Source: Octopus vulgaris | Lineage: Eukaryota | Assembly (NCBI GenBank): GCA_951406725.2 | Contig: OX597841.1 | Coordinates: forward strand, 19,654,001-19,718,000 | Length of the DNA stretch: 64,000 nucleotides | Direction of reading: 5' to 3' | Part shown: piece after piece, positions 42,715 through 57,193 of the stretch | How the letters are laid out: every line of letters begins with the position of its first letter | How positions within the stretch are numbered: the first letter of the stretch is position 1 | Made by a program: the position numbers and the translations under genes | The notes under the pieces: model-generated | Told to the model about the DNA's origin: nothing | Databases searched by the model: none | What the model saw: the letters and a program-made list of their open reading frames with translations, nothing else

Positions 42715-43199
42715 ATGGGGAAAGAAGCCGATGTATCAGTTTGACACTTGGGGAAAAAATGGAAAAAGTCAAACTAATCTACTTTTGAGACAAGAGTTGG
42801 CTAAGTGGATTATGTCGAACAACAGTACTTGACTGCCACTTTATTTTAGCGACCCTAGAAGGATGAGAGGTAACTTTGAGATGCAGATCCCGTCCAGTTC
42901 ATCTCGCTAGGATCTACATCTCTCTTTCTCTCTCTCTCTTCCTCCCCCTCTCTCTCTCTTCCTCTTTCTCTCTCTCTTCCTCCCCCTCTCTCTCCGTCTT
43001 TCTTTATATCTCCATCTATCTGTCATACTAATCTACTTTTGAGGTGGGATTAATGGATTACATCGAACAGTACTTGGCTAGTACTTTATTTTATCGACCC
43101 TGGGGAGATGAAAAGTAAAGTCGATCTCAGCGGGATCTGCATCTCTCGCTCTCTCCCCCTCTCTCGTCGTTCTCTATCTCTCTCTCTCTCTATCTATAT

Positions 43200-43304
<105 letters not shown>

Positions 43305-43667
43305 TATATCTGTCTGTCTGTCTTGTCTCTCTACCCGACTTCTCTTCTCTCTATTTACGCATCTTACATAACTATCTGCGTACATATCAACATTCTGCCT
43401 GCGTTTCTCCTGTCTCTCTCTCTCTCTCTCTCTCTTTTCCCTTCCTTCCTCATCTTCCTCTCCCTTTCTCTCTCTCTCCCTGTCTCTCTCATACACACAT
43501 ACACACACACACACACATCAGCAAATACATGTGTTTGTAGGAAAACGTGTTCTGCTGTATTCACCTTTCCTTCCGCTACCCTTTTGTCACTCACATCACG
43601 AACAACACCTTACAATTTGCTTCCTCAAGAAAAAAATATATATATACACACATATATATATATAGGT

Positions 43668-44058
43668 CCAGGAGTGGCTGTGTGGTAAGTAGCTTGCTAA
43701 CCAACCACATGGTTCCAGGTTCAGTCCCACTGCGTGGCATCTTGGGCAAGTGTCTTCTGCTATAGCCCCGGGCCGACCAATGCCTTGTGAGTGGATTTGG
43801 TAGACGGAAACTGAAAGAAGCCTGTCGTATATATATGTGTATGTGTGTGTGTGTGTTTGTGTTTGTCCCCCTAGCATTGCTTGACAACCGATGCTGGTGT
43901 GTTTACGTCCCCGTCACTTAGCGGTTCGGCAAAAAGAGACCGATAGAATAAGTACTGGGCTTACAAAGAATAAGTCCCGGGGTCGATTTGCTCGACTAAA
44001 GGCGGTGCTCCAGCATGGCCGCAGTCAAATGACTGAAACAAGTAAAAGAGTAAAAGAG
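43668..44058 (+). mobile_element. SINE family A (full length)
   Basis: Almost identical to the reverse complement of 7031-7441. Confidence 0.85.
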
Positions 44059-44119
44059 TATACACACATATATACACACGTGCGCACACACACACACACA
44101 TATACAAAGACAGACAGAC

Positions 44120-44180
<61 letters not shown>

Positions 44181-44219
44181 TAATGTAATATGTTGTTATA
44201 TATTCTATATTATATTATA

Positions 44220-44613
44220 CTAGCAGTATCGCCCGGCGTTGCTCGGGTTTGTAAGGGAAATAACTATACAGCATTTTTTCGAGAGTTATAGCCAAAAAAT
44301 AGCAAAAAAATGCATTAAAAATGGAAAAAATATGATGGTAAATTTTTTTTTAATCGTTGACTCATCGTAGACATTTTTAGAGAGTTACTTCCCTTTAAAA
44401 AAATATGCATGAAAATGGGAAAAAATGATGATAAATTATTTTAAAAATCGTAGTCTCATCGTAGACGCGCGCTAATACCCAGAAGGGCTCGATATGAATC
44501 ACGACTATAAGATACCCGGTTTTGGTTAAACTGCACCGCAAAATGTGGGAGTAGTTAGGAATCTAAATCGAAGGGGTCAGACACTCACACAACTACAGTT
44601 TTATATATATAGA
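44220..44613 (-). mobile_element. Non-autonomous Helitron
   Basis: Minus strand A|TCTATATATATAAAA ... CCCGAGCAACGCCGGG hairpin ... CTAG|T. Confidence 0.8.
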
Positions 44614-44614
44614 T

Positions 44615-44795
44615 GGATGTTTTTACTGTACTTAAGAAATCTGGAAGCCACAGGCTTGAGAAGAGAATAATTTTGAAGCAGATGCGTTGGGGTGGTCATG
44701 TCAGGATGGAAGATGGAAGTCTACCCAAACAAATATTTTATGGGAAGTTGACCAGAGGGAAAAGACCTCAGCACAAACCTAGAAAGCGGATCAAG
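44615..44795 (+). mobile_element. RTE LINE fragment
   Basis: QMRWGGHVRMEDGSLPKQIFYGKLTRGKRPQHKPRKR. Confidence 0.75.
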
Positions 44796-45038
44796 GATAT
44801 ACATACATACAAACACACAGATACACATGGACACACACGTGTGTGTGTGTGTTTATGATTTTCATATACACGACAAGCTTAAAATGCAGTTTACTACTTT
44901 TAAGAAGAAGCGAAAGTAAATTGCCGTAAAAATAATACAAATGCCAACAGAAATCGGACGACGACGCAAACAAGATGTGACATGACCAGTGCATAGAACA
45001 TATTTAATATAAGATGAAAGCTGTACATTTATTTAATA

Positions 45039-45333
45039 CTAGCAGTATCGCCCGGCGTTGCTCGGGTTTGTAAGGGAAATAACTATATAAGCATTTTAGA
45101 GAGTTACTTCCCTTATATAATAGCAAAAAAATGCATTAAAAATGGGAAAAAATTATGGTAATTTTTTTTTAAATCGTAGACTCATCGTAGACGCGCGCTA
45201 ATACCCAGAAGGGCTCGATATGAATCACGACTATAAGATACCCGAATTTGGTTAAACTGCACCGCAAAATGTGGGAGTAGTTAGGAATCTAAATCGAAGG
45301 GGACAGACAGCACACAACTTTTATATATAAAGA
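45039..45333 (-). mobile_element. Non-autonomous Helitron (shorter copy of 44220-44613)
   Basis: Same termini and hairpin, with one fewer internal repeat unit. Confidence 0.8.
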
Positions 45334-45539
45334 TAAGATGAAAACAATCAAATTTCTAAGTGATGGTCGCTGTTGGGTATAGTAGTTGCTTTTTCTGAAA
45401 TATTTCACATATCACCAGAAGCCACCATTTTCTGGGGTGCCAGTGGATGTGACATAACGAGGGAGTTTTTCATGTTCTTTCCATTAAATTTTTGTCTGTT
45501 ACTATCGTCATTTCCAGTTGATAACACAATTTACTTGCA

Positions 45540-45860
45540 CCCTTTGTTTTTTTACGACCCTAAACTGCACGGTAACCCACGACAAAACACTCGACCTCTT
45601 CAGAGCCAACGAACATCCGTGCACATAATAAACTTTCAAAAACTTTGTTCCCATCTCTTCACAAATATAAGCGAATAACTTATGTTTTAAGAGGTCTACT
45701 TTTACCATAATCGACCATTTGAACAACTTTTTCCAGAACTACTTTCAGTTTACTTCCAGCTCTTTTCACAATTAGAGTTTCGTCAAGTAGAAAAGCAAAG
45801 AGTGCTAAGAATGTACAAGTTCCTTCTTCTTTATCTGCCAAAGCAAAATAATTTCTTAAT
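45540..45860 (-). mobile_element. hAT (Buster/Charlie-like) transposase remnant
   Basis: LKVVLEKVVQMVDYGKSRPLK and LFAYICEEMG resemble the VV..VN.IKSRPL..RLF..LCEEMG block of Buster-type transposases. Confidence 0.65.
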
Positions 45861-46258
45861 GAAGCAACAGGCGATGGTAGCAAACCACCTGTAAACTGTC
45901 TAACTAGTCCTACGCAATTTATCTACGCAAGTAGCTAGAAAAACGGAGCGTTTTAGGTTCGAACTACGCCATCCCCGCACTTCTGTGCTCTTATAATTGC
46001 TGTCAAACATTTATCTTTATTTTCCTTTCTTTTTTTCTTTTCAAACTAGACGGTTAACTATTGGCCCTTTTTAATAATTGAGAAACCCCTCAGACGAAAT
46101 CTGACTAGGTCTTTGGTATTGTTGCAAATTGTTTTCCTGTCTAAAATTTCGGATACCTCTTTTTAAGCCCGGAACTTAGTCTATCGGCCCTTAATGCCGA
46201 ACCGCTTGGTTACGAGGACATAAACACACCAACACTGGTTGTCAAACGGTGGTGGGGT

Positions 46259-46295
<37 letters not shown>

Positions 46296-46497
46296 ACATA
46301 CACAAGCGGGCAGCTATGTCGAACTCCCTCCTTCATCAAAAGCCAATCCACATAAGAATGGACTTTGAAAAGTTGATTACACTGGCGGTGCCAAAGCATG
46401 GCTACGGCACTTGGCCAGAAAGGCATAAACGAATAACTAGATGCTCATACAGAGAGAGAGGGGGGAGAGGGAGAGAGAGATAGAGAGAGAGGGAGAT

Positions 46498-46528
<31 letters not shown>

Positions 46529-47495
46529 GAAAGAGAGAGAGAGAGAAATATTGCTTTCAAATTTTGGGAAAAGGCCAGCAATTGGGAAAAGGTCAATTAA
46601 ATTGACCCCAGTGCTCAACTGCTACTTATCATAACGACCCTGAAAAGATGCAAAGCAAAGTCGAACCCGACGACATTTGAACACAGATCGTAAAGATGGA
46701 CGAATTGCCGCTAAACAGAAACATCGTTATAGCAAATATTCCGCTCAATAGCACCGAATTGCTTGTCAGTTACTTGTCCATAACCACTTGAGTATGTCCC
46801 TTAGTGACTGATACGGCCAGGAACTGATACGGCCTACCGGCGCCAAAATGCTCACGCTTGCGCAACAAGGTTGGTGTCACCTCTCACCCAAAGGATTTCG
46901 CCCACGCAGTATCCCGAAAGGATGAATGGCAAAGTCGACCTCGGTGGAATTCGAACTCAGAACGTAAAGACGCCTTAAACCGTTTGAATATTGGAAAAGA
47001 GTTCCCTGTATCATGATTTATTTGTGCTGGATGTCAAAGTGCCGATATCATGACAGATGCTCAATGTTCTGTGGACATTGTAAAGACTGTGTAATGTGAC
47101 ATGGACAGCTGCAACGGAGACTACGAAGCCGTATCCAGCAGGAAGAGACACAGCAGGAGTGTTTTTCTTGCAAACCATCCCATATCTTTGAACAAGGCCT
47201 TAGGCTCAATTCAGACAGTTATGTGAAATTGTTGGAGACAGTTTCTGGAGACGTTTCCTACTGGAAGGCTATGTGTGGCAGCAGGATTCGGCTCCTTGCT
47301 ATACTTTCGGAAAGAGTCAGAAGTGGTTGGCGAAGAATTTCTGCGACTTCACCAGCCCTAATTTCTACTGTGAGCCACAGGTTGCTCATGACTGCTCTAT
47401 ATGATGGCTTCATCGGCTAGAAATAGCTGCCAAATCACCCTAAAATAACCCCTAATGTTTTATGCGTGTCTTTGTACTCTCACTCACATACACAG

Positions 47496-47558
<63 letters not shown>

Positions 47559-47738
47559 GTTCGTGAGTGTGTGCATGTGTGTAGATGTGTTTGTATGAGG
47601 AAACTTCAGCATGCCAACTCGGCGTACTAGAAAACCAACCAAATACCTCCCTCAAATCACACCCTATTGTCTGTATGACGGGTTGGACGTGTCTCACGTC
47701 CACTAAACTGCGTAGAACTGAGTCAGTTAGTTAGTAAA

Positions 47739-47784
<46 letters not shown>

Positions 47785-48027
47785 GTTTCAGTCATTTGAC
47801 TGTGGCCATGCCGGGGCACCGCCTTAAAGGGTTTCAGTGGAACAAATCGACTTTGGGACTTATTTTCTTTCTTTTATGCCGAGTACTTATTCAATCGGTA
47901 TCTTTTGCCGAATCGCTAGGTTATGGGGGACGTAAACACACCAGCATCGGTTGTCAAGTGGTGATGGGGGACAAAATACACAGACACACATACATACGTA
48001 TGTATGTATGTATGTATATGTATATAC

Positions 48028-48079
<52 letters not shown>

Positions 48080-48157
48080 TCAAAATGTGACCGCGTGTGT
48101 ACCGTTGGCGATTTTTTTCCCTCTTTCTTCCCTTCTCTGGATCTTTCCTTCTCCTAT

Positions 48158-48192
48158 GTTTCCGACGAAGAGCTCCGCTCGAAACGTTAAAC
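48158..48192 (+). ncRNA. Minimal hammerhead-like motif (U4C) in an element at about 48077-48295
   Basis: GTTT-CCGACGA-A-GAGC(tcc)GCTC-GAAA-CG-TT-AAAC. The element is a reverse copy of 9693-9907 and both lie in (TA)n. Confidence 0.6.
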
Positions 48193-48291
48193 CCTCCTTC
48201 TTCCCTTCCTTCTTGAGCGTCCAATAATACTATCCTTGTTTCACGTCCTCGCGTTGTTGTGTTTTCTCTTTGTGTTTTCATGTTTGGACTA

Positions 48292-48350
<59 letters not shown>

Positions 48351-49599
48351 TTTATTTAAAAGCAGCAGAAAATTCAACAAAAACTGTTACTCTGAGTTTC
48401 CGCCTACCAAATCCAAGGGCTATAGTAGAAGGCACTCGCCCAAGGTGCCATGTAGTGGGACTGAACCTGGAGCCATGTGGTTGGGAAGCAAGCTTCTTAC
48501 CACCCAACCACGCCTGTGCGCAATGAGCAAACGAGGAAGATCCCTGCTCGATAACTAAATGTAGTAGAAGTAGCAGCTAAATCTCCCTCAAATCACACCT
48601 TATTATGTTAGTAAATAATGCGTAATTTAAAGCGGAGCCCAGGTTCTTTTGCATGTAGGGACCTACCTGTCTTTACAGGTTGGTCCCTACAGGACTGGCC
48701 GTGGGCTCAACAATAACAACTAAAGACTAAAAATTAAGAACTATTTCTAGCGTGTTTTTTTTTTTTGCGGTTTAACCCCGGGTCAGTTCTGGTCCAGCAG
48801 ACATGATCAGAGGCGTTCCAGCTATGACCATCCTTTCTACTTATCTTCAATGTTATCTTTCAATTTTAAACGACAGGGTTGATTCGTGAGTCGAGAAACA
48901 TTTGGCTGCTACGTTCAGCAGAATCGAGCGACCACGCAGGGCTTGTGCTTGTAGTTGCTTTCATTCCGGGTTCATTCTAATCAAACAGACTTTTAACCAA
49001 AGATGTTCCAAACGTGACCATCCTGCCATTAAAAAAAAATTTATTCAAGATTCATCCTTCAATTTTTTAAGATGAGTCAGGTGTGGATTGAGGAAGTTTT
49101 CGTTGCTATTTTTAGCAGATCGGGTAATGACGTAGAGGTTGCCGTCGTTGTTGTTTATCACCAGGTTAGTTCTAATCAGACTTGAGATGAGAGGTGTTCC
49201 AACCACGACCATCATGCTAATTTTTTATTCTAAATCCATCATGCTTCAATTATTAAGATGTGTCGGGTGTGGATTGAGGGTTATTTGGCTACTGTTTCTA
49301 GCAGGTCAAGCTAGGACGTAGTAGTCTTCCTCGACGGTTTGTGTTGTTATTGTTGTTGTAGTTTCCTGGCCATTGACTGACTGCAGAGACAAGGACGCAT
49401 TCTGATTGGCTGTCAGTGTGTGATCACGTGCACATGTTTACATCGCCAACATGTTGATGTCATGTTTTAAGCACAGCCGTGAACTACTGAGGCTGTTGCT
49501 TGATGTTACTGTGATCGGTGGTGGTATCGGTGGTGGTATCGGTGGTGGTTAATGGTGGTGACGGCGGAGGTATTGTTTTCGTGGATGGCGTCATAGTTG

Positions 49600-50650
<1,051 letters not shown>

Positions 50651-51107
50651 AATATTTGTACTTTCGGGTTTGTATGAAGCAAGTTTCGCATCGATGGACA
50701 ACAGATAGAAAAAGGGTCTTCGAAATAAAGGAAAGGAATTGGAAAAGGGACAGACACACAGACAAGATTCAAATGATTTCAATCCTTTTAAAACTTGTCT
50801 CATTTGTCTCGGCGAACAAAGCAAAATAATTTGGGGCTCTGACACTCAACCGTGATTTTTATCTTCTCGTTAGTAAAATTTTCACTAATATTTGGAGAAG
50901 AGGGGCCGCCGGGGCTGTCTTTGCAGCATTTGTAGAACCCTGAGCAATTAATGACACACCACACACACACGCACTCATCACCGATCAGGGAGGGGCCCAG
51001 TTATGGTTTTTAACAGGGAGTCCGTTACTATTTAGAAAACAATATCAACTTAAGCAAAGCTTAATTCTATAAGTGACAGATATAATTTGTGCGTTTGTGG
51101 ATGTATC

Positions 51108-51513
51108 TACTCTTTCACTTGTTTCAGTCATTTGACTGCGGCCATGCTGGAGCACCGCCTTTAGTCGAGCGAATCGACCCCGGGACTTATTCTTTGTAAG
51201 CCCAGTACTTATTCTATCGGTCTCTTTTTGCCGAACCGCTAAGTGACGGGGACGTAAACACACCAGCATCGGTTGTCAAGCAATGCTAGGAAGACAAACA
51301 CAGACACACACATACATATATACATATATATACATATATATACATATATACGACAGGCTTCTTTCAGTTTCCGTCTACCAAATCCACTCACAAGGCATTA
51401 GTCGGCCCGGGGCTATAGCAGAAGACACTTGCCCAAGATGCCATGCAGTGGGACTGAACCCGGAACCATGTGGTTGGTTAGCAAGCTACTTACCACCCAG
51501 CCACTCCTGCGCC
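51108..51513 (-). mobile_element. SINE family A
   Basis: Near-identical to the other copies. Confidence 0.85.
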
Positions 51514-52683
51514 TATTTGTGTATCTGTGTAAAGAATTTTCAAACCTCAATACCCGTAGATTAGAAGTGGGCTCCGAGACCTGTGAAATCCCCGGACAAC
51601 TGCCCCGTGTGTCCATGCCCTAAGACAGCATTTAGGGCCGTGATGCTAAACCATTTTTTATCTATGGACCCCTTTGATTCCCATTGTAATCAGGCGGACC
51701 TTCATACCTATCCAATGTTGAAAAAATCGTATCATATTTTTACAATCGAATATTATTTGGAGATGCATTCCTATAAAAAAAAATTGTTTCACTATTTTGT
51801 GAATAACCAATTTCTTGTAAATAATACTTAACAAGAAAATCTCATAGAAGCCCCCAGAAACCATATGGTTCCGCTTGTTTAGGGGCTCGGATTTGACATT
51901 TTGAGAACCACCGCGTTAGGGTTCGTAAGGATGAGGTTGAAAAGTATTGGGGCAGGGTTAGATATGATAAGCAGAACCTTACGAGAACGGCATTCCTTTG
52001 ATTTCAATCGCTCCCTACTCTAACCATTTCGATCACAGGTGTAAAAGTGGGTATGCGTCTGTTTTGTGTGTGTGTGCGCGCGCGTGTGTGTGTGTGTGTG
52101 TGTGTGTGCGTGTGTGTGTGCAGGATCCATTAGCTGCATTATAGACCCCCGGGCAAATCGATGTACCAATAATAGTTATTTATTGACAGCAAGCCACGTC
52201 ATACATAAAATCAGAATTGGGCCCCTGGACCCGTAAACCACCGGGCAACAGCCTAGTGTACCTTTGCATCATGATGGAACTATGTGTGAGTGTGTGTATG
52301 GGGGGGGGTTCGTTTGGGTGCACCAGGTTTTGTTTATGTATAAAAGAGAGGGGGAGAGAGAAATAACAAAGTGTCTATGTACGAATCCGTTTCTATGTAA
52401 TAAGTTGTGCGTTTGTGCGCGCGCGCGAGTTTGGAAGAGAGAAAGAGTGAGAGAGACAGAGAGAGACAGAGAGAAAGAGAAAGAAAGAGAAAGAAAGAAA
52501 GAAAGGAAGAAAGTGACAGCGACTGCCAGACAGACAGACAGACAGCACGCGTGCATGGCCAGCGTTTGTATGCACCGAGTTATGATAGATGATACATATT
52601 TGTGTAGCAACTGCGTGTATACGACTGATAGATAGATAGATAGATGGATGGGCGGAGGGAGGATGTGACAGCGCATTTATGTA

Positions 52684-52727
<44 letters not shown>

Positions 52728-53488
52728 AGTATGGTTATATAATTTAGTTGACCAATGAAAGGCGTTTGTGCGTCCGCACCTTTATATTTATTTGATTCGT
52801 GTCTGCCAGTCAGAGTTTTTGCGTGCGTCTATGTATTATTGGCAGACACATTGCTGTTAATGTATAAACAAATGCACATCTCCCTCCATACAGGTTCTCT
52901 TCCAGACATTTAATCTTCTCTGAACCCACACTAACACACACACACACACACACACACACACTCATCACCGATTGGTCGGGGGGGGGATGGGGCAGCTATG
53001 GTATTTACCAAGGACATAGTTTCTCTGTGTGTTTGTATGTGTAACGTTGTGGTTCTCAACTGGAATCCGTAAAAGATTTAGTTGCTAAAATGTATAGACA
53101 TAATCAAAATGTTGGATTTGTAACCACAATGTCACTGGTTCGATCACACAGCGTGGCGTGTTGAGTAAAGGTTATTTTTATAATCACAGGCGTGGCCGTG
53201 CCGTAAGAAGCTTGCTTCCCATCCACATGGTTCCGGGTTCAGTCCCGTTGCGTGGCACCTTGGGCAAATGTCTTCTTCTTTAACTTCAAGCTGACCAAAG
53301 GCTTGTGAGTGGATTTTGGTAGACTAAACCTGAAAGAAACCTTCATATGTGTATACACACACACACACGTGTATACGTATATCTCTTTCACAATTTTTTT
53401 ATGATAGAGTTATCCGACACAGGCTCACTGTAGTTTCCTTGTAATATTCTTTTGTTCATACCTTTTTTTAATGTTTTCCTTCATCTTT

Positions 53489-53602
53489 TACACTGAGGAG
53501 AATGGTAATCCGTAATTAAATTAATTTAATTAATCTTATAATTAATTTAATTTTTCCATGTTTCTTACATGTAGGTATTACCTTCCGAAACGATCGTATG
53601 CA
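53489..53602 (+). ncRNA. Type-I hammerhead with an extended stem II
   Basis: TACA-CTGAGGA-GAA(t)GGTAAT...ATTACCTTC-c-GAAA-CGATCG-TA-TGCA. Stem III is palindromic and stem I is weak. Confidence 0.65.
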
Positions 53603-53717
53603 TGGATTAAAACTTTATAAGAAACTTTTAACATCTCTTTTCCATTGTTTAACCGTAAGTTGAGTTTATATAGGATTATATCCTATTAATGCTCGTAACA
53701 CACACTTTTGACATTAT

Positions 53718-53768
<51 letters not shown>

Positions 53769-53948
53769 GGCGTGGTTGTGTCATTAGGCGCAGGTATAGC
53801 TGTGTGGTAAGAAGTCCTGGGGCCAATTTGTTCCACCAAAGGCAGTGCTTCAGCATGGCCACAGTCAAATAACTGAAACAAGTAAAAGAGTTATATAAAC
53901 ATATGTATATATGTACATATGTATGTATGTATGTATGTATATATGTAC

Positions 53949-53979
<31 letters not shown>

Positions 53980-54049
53980 TGTATGTATGTATACAAATAT
54001 ATACAGTACCTGCTTCCTGGTATTTGAGCAAAGCCACTGCTTCAGAGAA

Positions 54050-54860
54050 TCATTGAAATGAGTCATGGACGATGCAATGTGAGGCCCTCGTATGACTCTT
54101 GACCCCCTGGCCAAAGACTTGCACATTCTATTGCATAATGCACAGGTGTGCTGTCTGGCAGAGGAAACAGGTGCTTCAGTATGAAGTCTTTTGACATGCC
54201 TCTTCAATCCTCCAACTGAAAGGCACACCTTTCCGCAGGTAACACATGTTCTGATGTGAACAATAACTGTATCACAATTTTCAAGGGATTGATTCCTCTG
54301 AGTCCCCTGAATGCTGACCTGGCCTTCATGACTCAGGCATTTCCTTCTACAAACCACAAACATAAAAAAACAACACTCCCTCATTTGCCACAGGTTCATT
54401 CTTTCTAAACCTTCTCCTGATCTTCTCACGCTTCATTCTTTCTCTTTCAAACCTCGAACAACCCCTCTGCACTCTTTTCCTCCCTCCATTTTGGTCTGGT
54501 GCCAACCAACAACTGAAACTCAGAACAATTCTGAGGCAGTCCCTGAACCTCATTTTGGGTTCATGCGCTGGCCCCCAACCATCTTCCAGCTATCATTCAA
54601 AAAGTTGCTTAGGAAGTCTTCATCATTCATTCTCACCAGATGACCACCCCACCTGAAATGACTTTGAAAGCCACTTCTCTTAACTACCTCAGCATCACTG
54701 ATCGTCATTTTCCATTCTATCCCAAGAATTTTTCTACGACAATATTGATGCTATCGTTTCAAATGCCTCTATTAACAACAATGTCAGGTTGCTCACAAAC
54801 ACTCCTTGTAACATTTAACCCAGTACAACCTGTTACGTGGTCGGGTTGTCAGCAACTGGC
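54050..54860 (-). mobile_element. RTE LINE 3' remnant with C-terminal zinc-finger-like motifs
   Basis: CVTCGKVCLSVGGLKRH and CALCNRMCKSLA, with a broken upstream RWLG.VVRM.DEDFLSNF...MRFRDCL block. Confidence 0.7.
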
Positions 54861-56360
54861 AACCCTACCAAGCTTGCTTGGTGAGGAGGGTGATTGATGG
54901 ACCCCCTATGAAACAAAAAATAAGACCCTTAAAAAGGCAGAGGAAATAATGAATAAATAATAAGTACCGGACTTAAACAAAAAGTATTGAAGTTGATTCC
55001 TTTTGACTAAAAATTCAAGGTGGTGCCCCAGCATGGCCACAGTATAACAACTGAAACAAGTAAAAGATAAAAGATAAAAAAATTGCTTATACTTTTCCAA
55101 TACACAAATTATTTTTATACAATTCCTTATAATATTTAATTATAAAAATATAATTGGCATGGCTGTGTGGTAAGTAGCTTGCTTCTCAACCACATGGTTC
55201 CAGGTTCAGTTCCACTGCATGGCACCTTGGGCAAGTGTCTTCTACTATAACCACGGGCCAATATTGGTGTGTTCACATCCCAGTAACCTAGCAGTTTGGC
55301 AAAAGAGACTGATAGAATAAATTCTAGGCTTACAAAGAATAAGTCCTGGGGTTGATTTCTTCAACTAAAAAACCCTTTAAAGCAGTGCTCCAGCATGGCT
55401 GAAACAAATAAAACAATGGGATTTTATTATACATACATTGAATGGCTTTGGGGGTCCAGTGGAGTAAAACAGAAATTAAAGGGCTTCATAAGTAAAGAAA
55501 GGGTTGAGAAGCATTGACATAACAAGTTGTCTGAAAGCCATCTTAGCTGTATAATAGCCAGCATCCCTCACAAGGGGAAAGCAATGCAGTTGGGCCCCTA
55601 CTTATATTGAGAGCAAGCCACAAGCTTCACAGATGAGTCATGTTCATCCATCGAAGTGATGAGGGCCAATAAGTCATCGACTAATGGTTTGCACGAGTGA
55701 AGAAGAATTGCACACTTTCAACCTCACTTTCATCTTTGTGACCATCTCTGATCTAGTGGCGGCAAGGGCAGGTCAGGACAACAGAGGATGGAGGCAGACA
55801 CTGTGGGGGGGACAAAGATGTCTTGCTTGCCTCATCTTGCCTTCTGTACTCCATAATGTGTTGCTGCAACCACTTTCCTCTTCTTTGAACTATGCATGTT
55901 CAATGAAGGGCTCCGTGCATACCTCTAAGGGGATGCACTGGACAGCACTTTCCCCATCACTATTCAGGGGTGCACCGTCGGATTTAGAAAATACAGTTTA
56001 CAAAAATCCTCCCACAATACAAATTAGTGCCCACCCAGAATATTCTGAAGTACCCCACTCTGCAGAGTGCCAAAGTCTGGTGAAGGGCCTGCAGGGCTGC
56101 TGGAGCCAGTTTTTGCATGCATAGGTAGGAAAACCCTAATATGCTAATTAACCCATAGCTGGGACCAAGACAGTTGCTACTACTCCAGGTCAGAGTAGAT
56201 TTTGGAACAATAGGGGCTAAAAGATGGTTCTACACTCTTCAAAACCCTGGAATTCTCTAACAAGGGCCTCACTACCAGATACAGTTTAAAATTATACCCA
56301 ATATATATTATTTACATTATTTACATTCAACGGATATTTGTCCTCATCTTGTTTGTTGTT

Positions 56361-56406
56361 GACACAACGTTTCGGCTGGTATACCCTCCAGCCTTCTTCA
56401 GGTGTC
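56361..56406 (-). ncRNA. Minimal hammerhead ribozyme
   Basis: Minus strand: GACAC-CTGAAGA-a-GGCTGG(agggtata)CCAGCC-GAAA-CG-TT-GTGTC. Confidence 0.8.
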
Positions 56407-57002
56407 TTGGGGAAATTTTGAACCTGGGTTCCCATTCCTAAGGTATTTTTTGATGTTGTTGTTGTTGTTGTTCAGGTCACTGCTTGGAAACAAACTTGGA
56501 ATCTTGGGGTCAGTAGCCTGCGCTCTTAACCACTACGCCATATGCCCTTGGGCAATTATGGAGGGAATTTTAGGGCTATATAAATCTAATATTCTCCTAT
56601 CCTTCCTTAATACCGGTTCCCATATGCTACTCATATCTGCACTTGGTCTGCTTAGGAGGTTGTTGTGTCCTAACATATGTGCTGCTTCTTTTAGTTTTCG
56701 TATTTTCCTGTGGTATTCTCTGCCTTATTTTAACTTCATCCCAAAGGGAAGTAGCCCATATGCAAGGACACAACAACCTCCTAAGCAGACCGAGTGCAGA
56801 TATGAGCAGCATATGGGAAACTGTATTAAGGAAGGATAGGAAAATATTAGATTTATATAGCCCTAAAATTCACTCCATAATTGCCCATCGGCATATGGTG
56901 TAGTAGTTAAGAGTGCGGGCTACTAACCCCAAGATTCTGAGTTTGATTCCAAGCAGTGACCTGAACAATAACAATAATAATAATATTAATAATAATATTA
57001 AT

Positions 57003-57067
<65 letters not shown>

Positions 57068-57147
57068 TGATGATGATAATGATAATACTAATAATAACAT
57101 TAAAAAAATACCTTAGGAATGGGAACCCAGGTTCAAAATTTCCCCAA

Positions 57148-57193
57148 GACACCTGATGAAGGCTGGAGGGTATACCAGCCAAAACATTGTGTC
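57148..57193 (+). ncRNA. Mutated hammerhead (partner arm)
   Basis: GACAC-CTGATGA-a-GGCTGG..CCAGCC-AAAA-CA-TT-GTGTC. GAAA is changed to AAAA, so it is probably inactive. Confidence 0.6.

Noticed and set aside
55684-56124. 146-aa ORF
   Set aside because: No recognisable domain. The region looks like the reverse strand of a decayed LINE 5' segment.
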